A DNA stretch of 64,000 nt from Myxococcales bacterium (GCA_016707895.1 JADJGV010000034.1:501625-565624); one strand, 5' to 3'; shown: positions 1 to 18,907, counted from the first letter of the stretch. Notes: generated by a model not told the origin, from the sequence alone. A program made the numbers and translations.

Positions 1-3000
1 GATGACGTCGTGGTCGCGCTGCTCGGCGATCAGCGACTCGAGGATGACCGCGTCGACGCGGCGATCGCTCTGCAGGATCAGGTAGGCGCCGTCGGAGGTG
101 GCGGTCGTGAAGTTGGCGGCGGCGGCGGTCTCGGTGACCTTGTTGTCGAGCAGCCGCAGGATCGCCTTGCGCTCGTCGGCGGCGTCGGCCTGCTGCGCGA
201 CCACGCCGAGCAGCCAGCCGACGGCCTCGAGCGACAGCTTGTCGGCGCCGCCGGCCTCCTTGATCAGGCCCTTGGCGCGGGCGACGTCGCGATCGCCGGC
301 GAGCATGCGGGTGTACAGCGCGTACGAGGTGATCGTCCGGCGGATGTCCTCGCCGTAGTAGTACGGGTAGCGCTGCTCGATCGTGCGCAGGTACTCGAGG
401 CCGTTGTCGAGCGGGCCGCGCTCGATGGTGAAGCCCTTGGCCTTGGCCCGCACCAGCGCGTTGACGACGTGGACCGTCAGGTACGGCCACGACTCGTAGC
501 CGCGCTGCCAGAACGGGAAGCCGCCGTCGTAGTTCTGCATGCTGTACAGGCGCTCGAGGTCCTCGCCGACCTTGGCCTCGAGCGCGGCCTTGCCGGGCAG
601 GCCCGGGGCCTTGAACGCGTCGAGCACGTCGCGCAGGTCGGCGATGCCGGCGATGCGCGAGCTGATCTGCTCGCTGCACTCGAACGGGTACGAGACCAGG
701 TACAGGAACGCGTCGGTCAGCGCCTGCAGCTGGGTCGAGGAGGTCTCGACCTGGAGGCCGCCGAACTGCGTGACCACCTGGCCGGGCAGCGCGACCGGCT
801 GCTTGATCGCGCCGTCGTCGATCTGGCCGTAGGTGGCGAAGGCCTCGGTGGTGGCCGGCGTCCAGACCGGCAGCGCGACCTCGGCGGCGTCGGAGCCGGC
901 GCTGGCCGTGCCGACGATCTGGAAGCGCGCGGTGCCGGCCAGCGCGGCGGCGGCCGGGAACCGGACCTCGACGCGATCGTTGGCGGGCACGGTGACGCGC
1001 TTGCCGCTGCCGGCGGTGAGCGTGGCGTTCGACGCGCGCACCGCGACGTCGACCGCGAGCGGCGCGTCGGTCTGGTTCTGCACCACGACCGGCAGCTCGA
1101 ACTTGTCGCCGAAGTTGAGGAACCGCGGCGGCGACGGCCGCACCATCACCGGCAGCCGCGCCGTCAGCGCGCTCTCGCCCTTGCCGAACTGCTTGTCGCC
1201 GGCGACGGCGATCGCGATGAGGCGATAGCGCGTGAGGTTGTCGGGCAAGGTCAGCGCGACGCTCGCGCTGCCGTCGGCGCCGGTCGTGACCTCGGGGGAG
1301 AACGCGGCCAGCGGGTTGATGTTGGTGCGCACCGCGATCGCCGGCGGGGGCTGGCTGCCGCCGCCGCCCGGCGTGGTCGTCGAGGGGTCGGCCAGGGCGA
1401 GGCCGTCGACGACGTACTGGTTCTCGGCGCTCGACGAGCCGGAGAACGACACGCCGGTCGAGTCGCCCTGGCTGCCGGCGGCGGCGCCGAGCGCGGACTC
1501 GAAGTTGCGGCCGCGCGTCGGGATGTTCTTGGTGAATTCGTCGGTGGGCTTCTGCGCGACCGCCAGCTGGTTGGCGTCGGGCTGCGCCAGCTTGACGAAG
1601 CCGCGCAGGCGGTGGTCGCTCGCGCCCATGTCGCGCCGCTGGTAGAAGGTGTCGATCGGGTTGGCGAACTGGTAGCCGGTGAGCGACAGCACCGCCTCGT
1701 CGACGGCGATCACCGCGACCTCGGCGCCGCTGACCGGCTTGCCGGCGGCGTCCTTGACCGTCACCGCGAGCGAGGTCTTGGCGCCAGGCGCCAGCTTGTC
1801 GGTCGGCGGCGCGATCGTCACCGCCAGCGTGCGGTGCTTGGGCGGCACCGACAGGTCGATGCTGCCGACGCCGTAGGCCGGGCGCTTGGGCAGCGCCGCG
1901 TCGGGCTGGCCGTCGTCGCCGACCCGCGCGCTCATGCCGATCAGATCGACCTGGACGTAGAGGTTGGGCGTGAAGCCGTCGGTGATCGGCACCGTCAGCT
2001 TCTGCGTCGGGCCGGTCATCGTGAACCGGGTCGAGGTGACGATGCCCGAGCGGCGGACGCTCATGACGCCCTCGGCCGGGTAGAACGGCGCCTGCACCAA
2101 CAGCTCGGCGGTGTCGCCGGGCTTGTACTCCTTGGCGTTGGGGATGAGCGTGACCTGCTCCTCCTCGACGTCGCGGGCCGGCGGGGTCTTGCCGCCCGAC
2201 ACCCACACGGTCAGCTCGGTCGAGTTCTTGCGGCCCTGGTCGTCGGTGACCACGCCGGTGATGCGGTATTGGCCGCCCTCGGGCGTCTGGAACGAGCACA
2301 GCCCGGCGGCGGCGGCCGAGGTCAGCGCGCACGCCTGGACGTCCTCCTCGGTCTCGACGTACTTGCCCTTGTCGTACTTCCAGTCGAGCCGCACCGCCTG
2401 GACGTCGATGGCCTTGCCGACCACCGCCTTGCCGTCGAGGTCGACGTCGATCGCCTCGATCTCGATGGCCTGGCCCTTGTCGACGTACGGCTTCTTGGCG
2501 CGCATGCCGACGTAGTGCGCGGCCGGGTGCACCAGCAGCGTCGTCGACGCGTTCCACGCCTGGCGGTTGACGTCGGTGACCGCCGCGTTGGCGTTGACGC
2601 TCATCGGCACGGGCGGGTTGACGCCGAGGAAGTCGAGGTGCAGCACGTGGGCGCCGGTGGCGTCGGTCTTGCCCTGGTGGTTCCAGCTCTGCGGCGCCTG
2701 GTAGCTCGGACCTTCGTCCCACCAGCGCCGGCCCCAGCCCCACCACGGCACCCACTTGCCGAACGTGAAGTCGTCGCGGTTGGGCGGCGTGAACGTCGTC
2801 TCGCTCGCGGTCAGGTACCAGTTCACCTCGGCGCCGGCGAGCCCGCCGCCGGCGAAGTAGCTGGCCTGGACCGTCACGTCGGCGCTGCCGCCGATCATCT
2901 TGATCGCGTCGTCGGCCTTGGCGCTGACCTCGTACTCGGGGCGGCGGAACTCCTGGATCTGGAAGCCGTGGTAGCCCGAGCCGCTGACCCGGCCCTTGGC

Positions 3001-5318
3001 CTCGAGCTGGATCGACGCGTAGCCGAGGTTGGGCGTCTTGGGCAGCGTGAACGCGAGGTCGAAGCCGCCGAGCGCGCTGACCTTGACGGTGCCCTTGGTG
3101 AGCTCGTTGCCGACGGGGTCGATGACCTTGTACGTCACCGACGACACCTGCCCGGCGATGCCGGCGACGTCGCCGCCCTCGCGGCCCTGGTGCACGCGCA
3201 GCCAGCCCTTGACGTGGACGTCCTCGCCCGGCCGGTACATCTGCCGGTCGTCGGTGATGTGCCACAGCAGCGAATCGGCGCGCTCCTGCTTGCGCCACTG
3301 CGGCTCGTCGGCCCAGTAGCCGTAGCCATCGGGCACGAACGCGACGTCGTCGCCCTTCTTCGCGACTAGCATGCCGGCGCCGCCCTTGCGCTGCGCCGAC
3401 AGCGCGATCACCGCGGTGCCGTCGTCGCCCGAGGTCGCCGTGAGGCCCCACGGCTCGATCGACAGCGCCGCGTCGGCGACCGCGCGCCGTCGGCCAGCTT
3501 GTTGACCCACGCGTGCAGCTCGCCGGCGTCGACCGCGGCGTCGACGCCCAGCCGGGTCGACTGCACCCACGCGATCAGCCGCGGCGGCTCGTAGCGCTCC
3601 TTCCACGGCGACGGCTCGATCACCGCGATCACGTGGCCGAGGCCGCTCTTCAGCGCGCCGGCCAGCTCGACCTTGGTCTCCGGTCAGGTCGTCGGCCGCG
3701 CCCTTCACGCGCACCAGCGTGTCGACCACCTTCTTGCCGGGCAGGCTCGGCTTCTTCCGCTGCCACTGGTTCTCGAGGTAGTTGCCGTACGCGCCGTAGT
3801 CGCTCGGCGACACCTGGTACAGCTGCACCTTCAGCGCGTCGTAGTTGGTGGTGAACACGTCGAGCGTCGGCGTCCGCGCGCCCGGGTCCAGCACCACCAG
3901 CCCCGACGGGCCGTAGAAGTTCGGGTACGCCTTGCCGGTCTTCCACGTGAGCGTCGCGTCCTTGCCCAGCGTCTGCCCGAATTGATCGAGCACGCCGCCC
4001 GACACCACCGTCTTGTAGGACGTCTGGCCCTTGGTCAGGCCTTGCACCGTGAGGTAGTTGCCGTTGGCCAGCACCTGGCTGCGCTCGATCGTCGGCGCCG
4101 TCACCACCTGCGCCGCGTCGAAGCGATCGACGTCGAGCGGGTTGTTGAACTCGATCTGGAACGGCGCGCCCGGCGGGCACTCGCCCAGCCGCACTCGGCG
4201 CGCACGATCTGGAGCGGCGGGTAGGTGTCGAAGCCGAAGCTCTGCCGATCCGGCGTCTTGTTGGGCCCCTCGGCCGACGGGGTGCCCGGGCCGATCGTCA
4301 CCTCGACGTGGGTGTCCTTGGGGAACGCCTCGGTCGCGGCGAACGCCAGCCAGCGGCCGTCCTGCTCGGCGGCCTTGGTCGCGTCGACCAGGCTCGTGAG
4401 CGTCTCGTGCTTGGCGATCTCGTCGGCGGTGAGCAGCCGCGCCGCGTAGGGCTTGCCCGCCGCGGTGATCTTGATCGTCGCCAGCACCGCGGCCGGATCG
4501 ATCCGCTGATCGAAGCGCACGAACATCGGCGCGTCGAGCTGCTGTGGGCCACCACCCGGCCAGCTGGTCTCGACCCGCGGCGTCGGCGTCGTGAACGTGA
4601 ACGTCTTGCCGGTGGCCAGCGCGTTGCCGGTCGCGCTCTTGGTGCCCTTGGCGATCTCGACCGTGTAGGTCGTCGCCTGAGGGAAGCGCACCGTCGGGTC
4701 GAAGATGATCGTCTTGGTGCTGAGCCAGCGCCAGCGCCCGGGCGGCGTCGGCGTGAGCTTGACCGGCACCACGCTCGCGGCGTCGTCCTGCGACGTCACC
4801 GCCACCATCGGCTGCGAGAACGTCAGCTGCAGCTGCGGCGCCAGCGGCACGTCGCCCTCGGGCGCCCACCGCAGGATCGTCAGCGGCTTGCCGGCGTCGT
4901 TGGTCGCCGGCGGCGGCCCCGCCTGCGGGTTCGGCACCGGGAACGTGCCCTTGATCGTCTTGCCGGTCCGCGGCGGCGGCTGCGACCGGTCGCGCAGCGC
5001 GAACGCCTGGGTGTCATCGGGCTTCGCGCCGATCGGCGACACCCGATCCAGGATCGCCTTGGCCGCGGCGTCGGTGATCGGCTGGGTCGGCGGCAAGGTC
5101 GACCGGTCGGCCGCCGGCGCCCCGGCCTTGCCGTCGGACAGCCGCATCGTCAGCCCGGGCTTGCTGCTATCGAGCGTCAGCGCCCGCCCGGGGGTGACCA
5201 CGCCGCTGCCGCCGCCGCCGGGTGGCTTGCTGCCGGCCCGCGGGCCGCACGATGCGAGGAAGGCGAGCAGGGTCGCGAGGGCGACGCCGCGGAGTGCAGG
5301 GCTGCGGTGGACCGGCAT
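1..5318 (-). CDS. Alpha-2-macroglobulin family lipoprotein (bacterial A2M, thioester type); the 3' end lies beyond the window start. As assembled the frame is broken by three 1-nt indels near 4190, 3680 and 3480, so it is a possible pseudogene or carries local sequence errors
   Basis: Hand translation of the minus strand gives a lipoprotein signal (MPVHRSPALRGVALATLLAFLASCGP) and MG-domain-like sequence (TILRWAPEGDVPLAPQLQLTFSQPMVAV). A continuous A2M-like reading covers about 3380 down to position 1 and includes YPFECSEQ (CxEQ thioester motif, about 665-676). The plus-strand 1119-aa ORF 10..3369 is the antisense artefact. The frame changes three times between 3480 and 4190. Confidence 0.85.
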
Positions 5319-5437
5319 CAGGGCCTGGAACGTACTCGCACGCGCGCCGGTCTGCGCACGGCATCGACGCGCGCTCGCCGATCACCGCGGCGGTGTGACG
5401 CGGGCGCCGCAACGCGGTGTCGCAGCCGGCCGGCGGG

Positions 5438-6742
5438 TCAACGCGGGGCAGGGGCTGGGGCGGGGACGGCGGCGAGCGCGACGTCGAGCGCCGCGTGCAG
5501 CTCGCCATCGACCAGCGCGAGCTGAGTCAGGCGCGTGGTGAGCGGGTGGCCGGCGATCGTGAGCTGGACGTGGGCGACGCGCCGGCGCGTGCGATCGAGC
5601 GAGCCGACCACGAGGTACTTGACCCAGGCCGCGGCGCTGATCACCGGCGACGCGATCGCGCGCTCGAGGTCGCGGTCGAGCGCGGTCGCGCGCAGCTGGT
5701 CGCCCTCGAGGGCGATCGCGACCCGGACGCCGACCCGGAAGTACGAGCAGCCGTCGCGCTCCTGCAGCACGTGGACCTTCCACGGGTGCGCGGGATCCTC
5801 GGCGACGTAGTCGAAGCGCGGCCGGAACGCGCCGCGCGGCGTCGGGGTCAGGCTGCGATCGTACCAGCGCGGCGCGCGGCCCGACGCGATCGCCCAGTTG
5901 GCCAGCTCGGCGACGGTGCTGGCGGCGACGGCGACGCCGACATGGTCGCCCGACGCGGGCGCGGTCGGCGCGCCGAGGCCGCCCCGGATCGGCAGGCCGG
6001 TGTGGATCTCGACCAGCAGCGCCGCGGGATCGGTCAGCGAGCGGACCGCGACGTCGGCGACCGGCACGTCGGGGAGCTGCAGGCGCAGCCGGGCCACCTG
6101 GCCCAGCCGCACCAGCAGCAGATCGTGCAGGCCGCGGTACGCGGTGCCGGTGAGGTAGGTCGCGAGGCGGCTGACGGCGGCGTCGCGCAGCACCGGCGGT
6201 ACGCGGCCGCGCGCCGCCGGCGGCAACCAGCGCTCGATCGCGGCGCCGAGCGCCGCGGCGGCGTCGGGCCCGAGCGTCGGCGCGATCGCCAGCAAGTCGG
6301 CGGGGCGAACCCCGAACGCGAGCGCGACGTCGCCGTGGGCGCGCTCGACCTCGGGCGCCAGCGCGACCTCGAGCGCCAGCGTGGCGATGGTGGCGTCGTC
6401 GTCGGCGATGGCGAGCGTCACCGCGAGCTGGACGTGGCCCGGCGCGCCCGGCCGCAGCGCGACCTGGTCGAGGCGCGCGCGCAACCCGCCCGGGACGACC
6501 AGCGCCAGCGGGCCGAGCTCGGGCAGCGCCAGCGGCGCGGCCCACGGCGTCCGCGTCAGCAGCTCGGCGATCACCGCGTTGGCGCGGGCCAGCGGCACGG
6601 TGACGCGCACGTCGGGCGAGGGCGCGGTGGCCACCGCGCGGGCCGCGAGCGTCGCGCGGGCGGCGCGCACGTCGGCGCACCGCGAGCCACAGCCGGCCAG
6701 CGCCGCGGTCGTCGCGAGCAGGGCGATCAGGAGCGGGCGCAT
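5438..6742 (-). CDS. Hypothetical lipoprotein, upstream partner of the A2M gene
   Basis: 434-aa ORF with signal and lipobox (MRPLLIALLATTAALAGCGS) and non-repetitive composition. Same strand as A2M and 119 bp upstream of it. Confidence 0.7.
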   Translation of the reverse strand: MRPLLIALLATTAALAGCGSRCADVRAARATLAARAVATAPSPDVRVTVPLARANAVIAELLTRTPWAAPLALPELGPLALVVPGGLRARLDQVALRPGAPGHVQLAVTLAIADDDATIATLALEVALAPEVERAHGDVALAFGVRPADLLAIAPTLGPDAAAALGAAIERWLPPAARGRVPPVLRDAAVSRLATYLTGTAYRGLHDLLLVRLGQVARLRLQLPDVPVADVAVRSLTDPAALLVEIHTGLPIRGGLGAPTAPASGDHVGVAVAASTVAELANWAIASGRAPRWYDRSLTPTPRGAFRPRFDYVAEDPAHPWKVHVLQERDGCSYFRVGVRVAIALEGDQLRATALDRDLERAIASPVISAAAWVKYLVVGSLDRTRRRVAHVQLTIAGHPLTTRLTQLALVDGELHAALDVALAAVPAPAPAPR

Positions 6743-6828
6743 CGTGTGAATCTACGCGAGGCGCGGGGAGCGCGGCGGGCGACCCTGGTAGCATCGCGTG
6801 TCGATGATCACGGAACCGCGGGCCGCGC

Positions 6829-10248
<3,420 letters not shown>

Positions 10249-10252
<4 letters not shown>

Positions 10253-13200
10253 AGCGCACCTACGCGATCACCGTCTACGAGCGCAAGGTCGAGGGCACGC
10301 TGACCTGGACGCCGCTGGTGCCGCCGGGGTTGATCGCGGCGCTGAGCGGCAAGAGCGAGGTGCGGCTGCGCGAGCAGCTGGGCAAGCTGCTGGCCGCGGC
10401 GGTGCGCCAGGTCGAGCCCGAGCAGCACGAGCTGTTCGAGACCGCGCCCGGCACCCGGCTGCACCACGTGTCGCTGGATCTCAACCTGCGCGAGCGCGGG
10501 CGGGTCGGCGGGCGGTTCCCGCTGGTGCTCGAGCCGCGGTGGTTCACCGACGCGCGCCAGCGGCTGCTCGCGTACCACCCGGCGGATCCCAGCGCGTGGT
10601 TCGACGCCGACGACGTCCACGAGGTCGAGCGGCTGGCGGCGCACTTCGCGCGCCAGGCGTGGGCCAGCGACGACGTCACCGCGCTCGAGGCCAAGAAGAG
10701 CGCGGCCAAGGAGCGGCTGATCACGGTGTCGTTCGACCTGGCGCCGCGGACGCTGCTCGATCGCGCCAAGGCCGCGGCCGAGGGCAAGCAGCGGGCCGGG
10801 CTGGCGCGGTCGGTGCGCCAGCACCTGGCGCAGCTCGGCGTCGACCAGACCGCGCGCGCGATCGACGGCACCTTGCCGATGGGCGTGCCCCGGCCGGCCT
10901 ACCGGGCCCAGCTGGCGCGGCTCCTGGGCGGGCCGCGGCCGCGCTCGACGGTGCTGGTGGGACGTCCGGGATCCGGACGCGCGACGTTGCTGGCGCGCTG
11001 GGTCGGCGATCGGCTCGAGGCCGACGGCTGGTACCTGCACCGCAACGCCGATCGCGTGCACCGGGTGTGGCGGCTGTCGGGCAAGCGGCTGATCGCGGGC
11101 ATGCAGTACTTCGGCGACTGGGAGGACCGGCTGCTCGATCTGGTGACCGACGCCCGCGCCCACCGCGGCCTCCTGTGGTTCGACGATCTGCACCTGTTCG
11201 GGCGGCTGGGCGTGACCCGGCAGTCGGAGCGCTCGTTCGCCGACTTCTTCCGCGGCCCGGTGCAGCGCGGCGAGCTGACGATCGTCGCCACCGCGACCCG
11301 CGAGCAGCTGGCGCGGCTGGAGGACGACGCGCCGTCGTTCGCGCAGCTGTTCGCGCGGGTCGCGGTCGAGCCGACCGACGCCGCCGAGACCGCGGCGCTG
11401 ATGCTGGCCGAGGTGCGCCGGCTCGAGGCCGAGCACCCGGTCGAGGTCCACCCGTTCACGCCGCGGACGGTCTACGAGCTGGCCACCAGCCTGTACCCGT
11501 GGACCGCGACGCCGGGCGGGCCGATCGACATGCTGCGCAAGCTGGTGGCCGCCGCCGGGCCGCGGCCGGCGCCGGGGGCGCGGCGGGCGCTGCCGCCCGA
11601 GGCCGCGGTGGCGCAGGCGGCGCGCGACACCGGCCTGCCCGAGCACCTGATCACGCTCGACGCGCCGCTCGATCCGGCGGCGGTGACCGCGCACTTCGCG
11701 GCCCGGGTGATCGGCCAGGACGAGGCGGTGGCGGTGGCCACCGACGTGGTGGTCAAGGTGCGCGCCGGGTTGACCGACCCCGGGCGGCCGCTCGGCGTGT
11801 ACCTGTTCACCGGCCCCACCGGCACCGGCAAGACCGAGCTGGCCACCGCGCTGGCCGAGTACCTGTACGGCGAGCGCCGCCGGCTGGTGCGGCTCGACAT
11901 GAGCGAGCTGGCCGGCCCCGACGCGGTGGCGCGGCTGATCGGCGACCGCTTCACGCCCGACGGCCTGCTCACCAGCCGGATCCGCGAGCAGCCGTTCGCG
12001 GTGGTGCTGCTCGACGAGATCGAGAAGGCCCACCCGTCGGTGCTCGGGCTGCTCTTGCAGCTGTTCGACGAGGGCCGGCTGACCGACGCCGGCGGCGAGG
12101 TCGCGAGCTTCCGCCACGCGGTGATCGTGATGACCTCGAACCTGGGCGCGCGGGTGCAGCAGCCGATCGGGTTCGGCGACTCGACCGAGGCCGTGCTCGG
12201 GCAGATCGCCAAGGCCGTGCGCGAGTTCTTCCCGCCCGAGCTGTGGAACCGCATCGATCGCGTGGTGCGGTTCCGGCCGTTGACCGCCGAGGTCGCGGCG
12301 CGGGTGGTCGACAAGGAGCTGGCCAAGCTCCTGGGCCGGCGCGGCCTGCGCGAGCGCGACGTCTTCGTCTACGCCGGCCGGGCGGTGCGCGAGCGCGCGG
12401 TGGCGCAGGCGTTCGATCCGCGGTTCGGCGCGCGCACGGTCAAGCGCTGGCTCGAGGAGCACGTCGCCGGCGCGCTGACCGAGGCGTTGACCGAGGCGCC
12501 GCCGGCGCGGATGACCGTGGCCCGGCTGCGCGAGGAGGCCGGCGCGATCGCGGTGACGCTCGAGCTGGTGCCCGAGGCGGTCGCGTGGGGCGGCGGCTTC
12601 CCGCTGATCGAGGCCCGCGAGCTGTCGGCGGCGGCGCTGGTGCCGGCGGCCGAGGCGATGGCCGATCGCATCGACGCGCTCCTGGCCACCGATCCGGTGG
12701 GGCGGGCGCTGGCCACGTTGCGGGCCCGGCCCGACGGCGAGCGCGGGCGGTACTTCGTCGAGCACTTCGCCGACGAGCTGGCGGCGCTGCGGACGACGCT
12801 GGTCGGCCGCCGCCGGGCCCGGCCGGGGCCGATCGCGCCCGAGGCCCACGAGGAGCACGACCTCGAGGCCTGGCCGCGCGAGGCCCACGTCGAGAAGAGC
12901 GGCGCGTGGTCGCAGCGCCGCGAGGTGCGCCGCTACGATCCGCGCTCCGGCGATCGCGCGCCCAAGGCCGCCGCCGGCCAGGCGGCGACGCTGGCGGCGC
13001 TGGCGCGCGCCGAGCTGCTGCTCGGCCACGTCGACGAGCTGGCCGATCCCGACGCCCACGTCGTGACCGTGCTGGTCACGCCGGTCGGCGTGGTCGGCGG
13101 CGGGCCGCGGCCGCTGGGCTGGGGCCTGCTCGAGGCGCTGCGCGCGGTCGCCGATCAGGCGATGGCGCGCACCAAGGACGGCCGGATCGAGGCCTACCAG

Positions 13201-13613
13201 GCGCCGGCGGTCGGCCACGTGCAGCGCGCGTTCGCGGTGCGCGATCTGTTCGCGCGCGCGGCGTTCACGCCCGAGCACGGCACCCACTTCTTCCAGTCGC
13301 TCACCGACGAGCCCGAGGTGTACCGGGTCGAGGTGCGGCCCGGCGATCAGCCGCTGGCGCCGCTGCTGCGCGCGCACGCCGAGGCGCTGGCGGCGTTCGA
13401 GGCGGCGCAGGCCGCGGGCGTCGCCGGGCCGCCCAACCCCGAGGCGCTGCTGCCGGCGGTGCGGACGCTGGCGGCCGCGCCCGGGCAGCGGCCCGGCGAG
13501 GCGTTCGTCGCCGACGTCGAGGACTTCGTGATCGGCCTGGCGACCCGGCAGCACGCGGCCAGCCTGGCCGAGGTGGTGCGGGCGCTGTGGCACGTCCGCT
13601 GGAGCCACCGGCC

Positions 13614-13617
<4 letters not shown>
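10249..13617 (+). CDS. Hsp100/Clp-like AAA+ ATPase, paralog 2 (about 1122 aa). D1 P-loop is degenerate (GR in place of GK). D2 is ClpA/B-like. Long C-terminal extension
   Basis: The GTG start overlaps the paralog 1 stop (GTGA). D1 VLVGRPGSGRATLLARWVG and LLWFDDLHLFG. D2 VYLFTGPTGTGKTELATALA, VVLLDEIEKAHPSVLGLLLQLFDEGRLTD and VIVMTSNLG. Confidence 0.85.
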
Positions 13618-15884
<2,267 letters not shown>

Positions 15885-16742
15885 TCACCCGGGCAGCTCG
15901 GCGAGCAGCAGGTCGCGCAGCGCGCGCACCCGCGCCGGCAGCTGCGCGATCGGCGCCGACACCAGGTACAGCGGCGCGCTGGCCAGCGCGTACTCCGGCA
16001 CCACCCGCGCCAGCTCGCCGCGCGCCAGCGGCCGCGCCGCGACGAACGTGGGCAGGAGCGCGATGCCGGCGCCGGCCACCGCCAGCTCGGCCAGCGTGCC
16101 GAAATCGGCGCAGGCGATCGACGGCGGCCGCGGCCGCGACGCCGGCGCGAAGCTCTTGTGGCCGCGGGCGTCGGGCCACATGACCTCGTGGCCGGCGAAC
16201 TCGGCGGCGCGCTTCGGCGTGCCGCGGCGGGCCAGGTAGGCCGGGCTGGCGAAGAACCCGGCGGTCAGCGCGCGCAGCCGCCGCGCCACCAGACCGCCGG
16301 CGCCGGGCCGCCCCAGCCGCAGCGCCAGATCGACGCCGCGGGTGAACGGCACCAGCTGATCGGACAGCTCGAGGACCAGCCGCACCGCCGGGTAGCGCGC
16401 GCGGAAGCCGGGCAGGAGCGGCGCCACCAGCGCGCGCGCCAGCTCGGGCGTGGTGGTGAGGCGGACGGTGCCGGTCGGGATGGCGTGGGCCGCCGGCACC
16501 GCCCCGGCGGCGCGCTCGAGCTCGGCCAGCGGCGCGGCGACCTGGCGGGCCAGCGCCTCGCCCTCGGCGGTGGGCCGGACCGAGCGGGTGGTGCGCACGA
16601 ACAGCCGCGCGCCGAGGTCGCGCTCGAGGGCGCCGATCACGCGGCTGACCCGGGTGCGATCGACGCCGAGCTCGCGGGCCGCGACGCTGAACGAGCCGGC
16701 GCCCGCGACCCGCGCGAAGACCGCGAGGTGGTTGAGATCCAT
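15885..16742 (-). CDS. LysR-family transcriptional regulator
   Basis: MDLNHLAVFARVAGAGSFSVAARELGVDRTRVSRVIGALERDLGARLF helix-turn-helix followed by a LysR substrate-binding domain. It forms the C-terminal 285 aa of ORF 15885..17396. The stop overlaps the paralog 3 stop, so the genes converge with no spacer. Confidence 0.85.
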   Translation of the reverse strand: MDLNHLAVFARVAGAGSFSVAARELGVDRTRVSRVIGALERDLGARLFVRTTRSVRPTAEGEALARQVAAPLAELERAAGAVPAAHAIPTGTVRLTTTPELARALVAPLLPGFRARYPAVRLVLELSDQLVPFTRGVDLALRLGRPGAGGLVARRLRALTAGFFASPAYLARRGTPKRAAEFAGHEVMWPDARGHKSFAPASRPRPPSIACADFGTLAELAVAGAGIALLPTFVAARPLARGELARVVPEYALASAPLYLVSAPIAQLPARVRALRDLLLAELPG

Positions 16743-16762
16743 TGATGCGAGAGTCGCATCAA
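16742..16762. promoter_or_regulatory. Perfect palindrome TTGATGCGA-gag-TCGCATCAA (LysR-box-like, T-N11-A) at the LysR start in the divergent intergenic region
   Basis: Seen directly in the sequence. A 9-bp inverted repeat with a 3-bp spacer abuts the LysR ATG, between lysR and the divergent lipoprotein gene. Confidence 0.5.
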
Positions 16763-16817
16763 TGACGTGCTGATTCCACGGATTGTCGCGGCGGCCGCGC
16801 GGCCGCATCGTGCCGTC

Positions 16818-17468
16818 ATGCACCACCTGTCGCGCCTCGTCGTCGCCTCGCTCCTCGCGGCCACCGCCGCCTCGTCCCTGGCCGGCTGCGGCCCCGGTCG
16901 CCCCGGCTCCCCGGTCGGCCTGACCCTGGCCGCCGCCGCGCCGCCGCCGCCGCTGGCGACGCTGGTGTGGGTCGGCCGCGGCGTCGCCGAGCGCCACGGC
17001 CCCGACGGCTGGGCGCCGGCGCCCAGCTTCGACTACGACTTCACCGTCGTCCAGCGCCGCTACGCCGACCACTGGGACTCGACCAAGACGATGCGCCGGT
17101 CGCACCCGGCCTACGACGGCTCGGCTGGGCCGCGGCTCTTGGTCTACCAGTTCCGCCTCGACCTCGCGCCCGGCCCCGACGCCGCGGTCGCGTACCGGAT
17201 CGCGTCGACGATCGGCAGCGGCCGGGGCCACGGCGATCCCGAGTTCCGCGAGGCGGTGCTCGAGCTCACCGCCGACGTGTCGATGTTCGCCCCGTTCGAC
17301 CGCTACCGCATCACCCAGCACTACCAGTACGAGGAGGGCCGGCTGACCGAGCTGGTCGAACTCAACGATGGCGCCGCGCCGTGGGTGCGCAACCACGAGG
17401 AGGCGCTGCTGTTCGGGCCCGAACGGTTCGCCGGCCCGCCGACGACGCTGGCCGACGCGGCGCCGTGA
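16818..17468 (+). CDS. Hypothetical small lipoprotein, divergent from the LysR gene
   Basis: MHHLSRLVVASLLAATAASSLAGCGPG lipobox. The ORF opens at 16767; the likely start is the Met at 16818. Confidence 0.6.
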   Translation: MHHLSRLVVASLLAATAASSLAGCGPGRPGSPVGLTLAAAAPPPPLATLVWVGRGVAERHGPDGWAPAPSFDYDFTVVQRRYADHWDSTKTMRRSHPAYDGSAGPRLLVYQFRLDLAPGPDAAVAYRIASTIGSGRGHGDPEFREAVLELTADVSMFAPFDRYRITQHYQYEEGRLTELVELNDGAAPWVRNHEEALLFGPERFAGPPTTLADAAP

Positions 17469-17471
17469 CGG

Positions 17472-18904
<1,433 letters not shown>

Positions 18905-18907
<3 letters not shown>

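Noticed and set aside
10-3369. 1119-aa ORF on the plus strand
   Set aside because: It is an antisense artefact of the GC content. Its composition is dominated by R, G, A, D and L runs with no motifs, while the opposite strand translates continuously as a bona fide alpha-2-macroglobulin.
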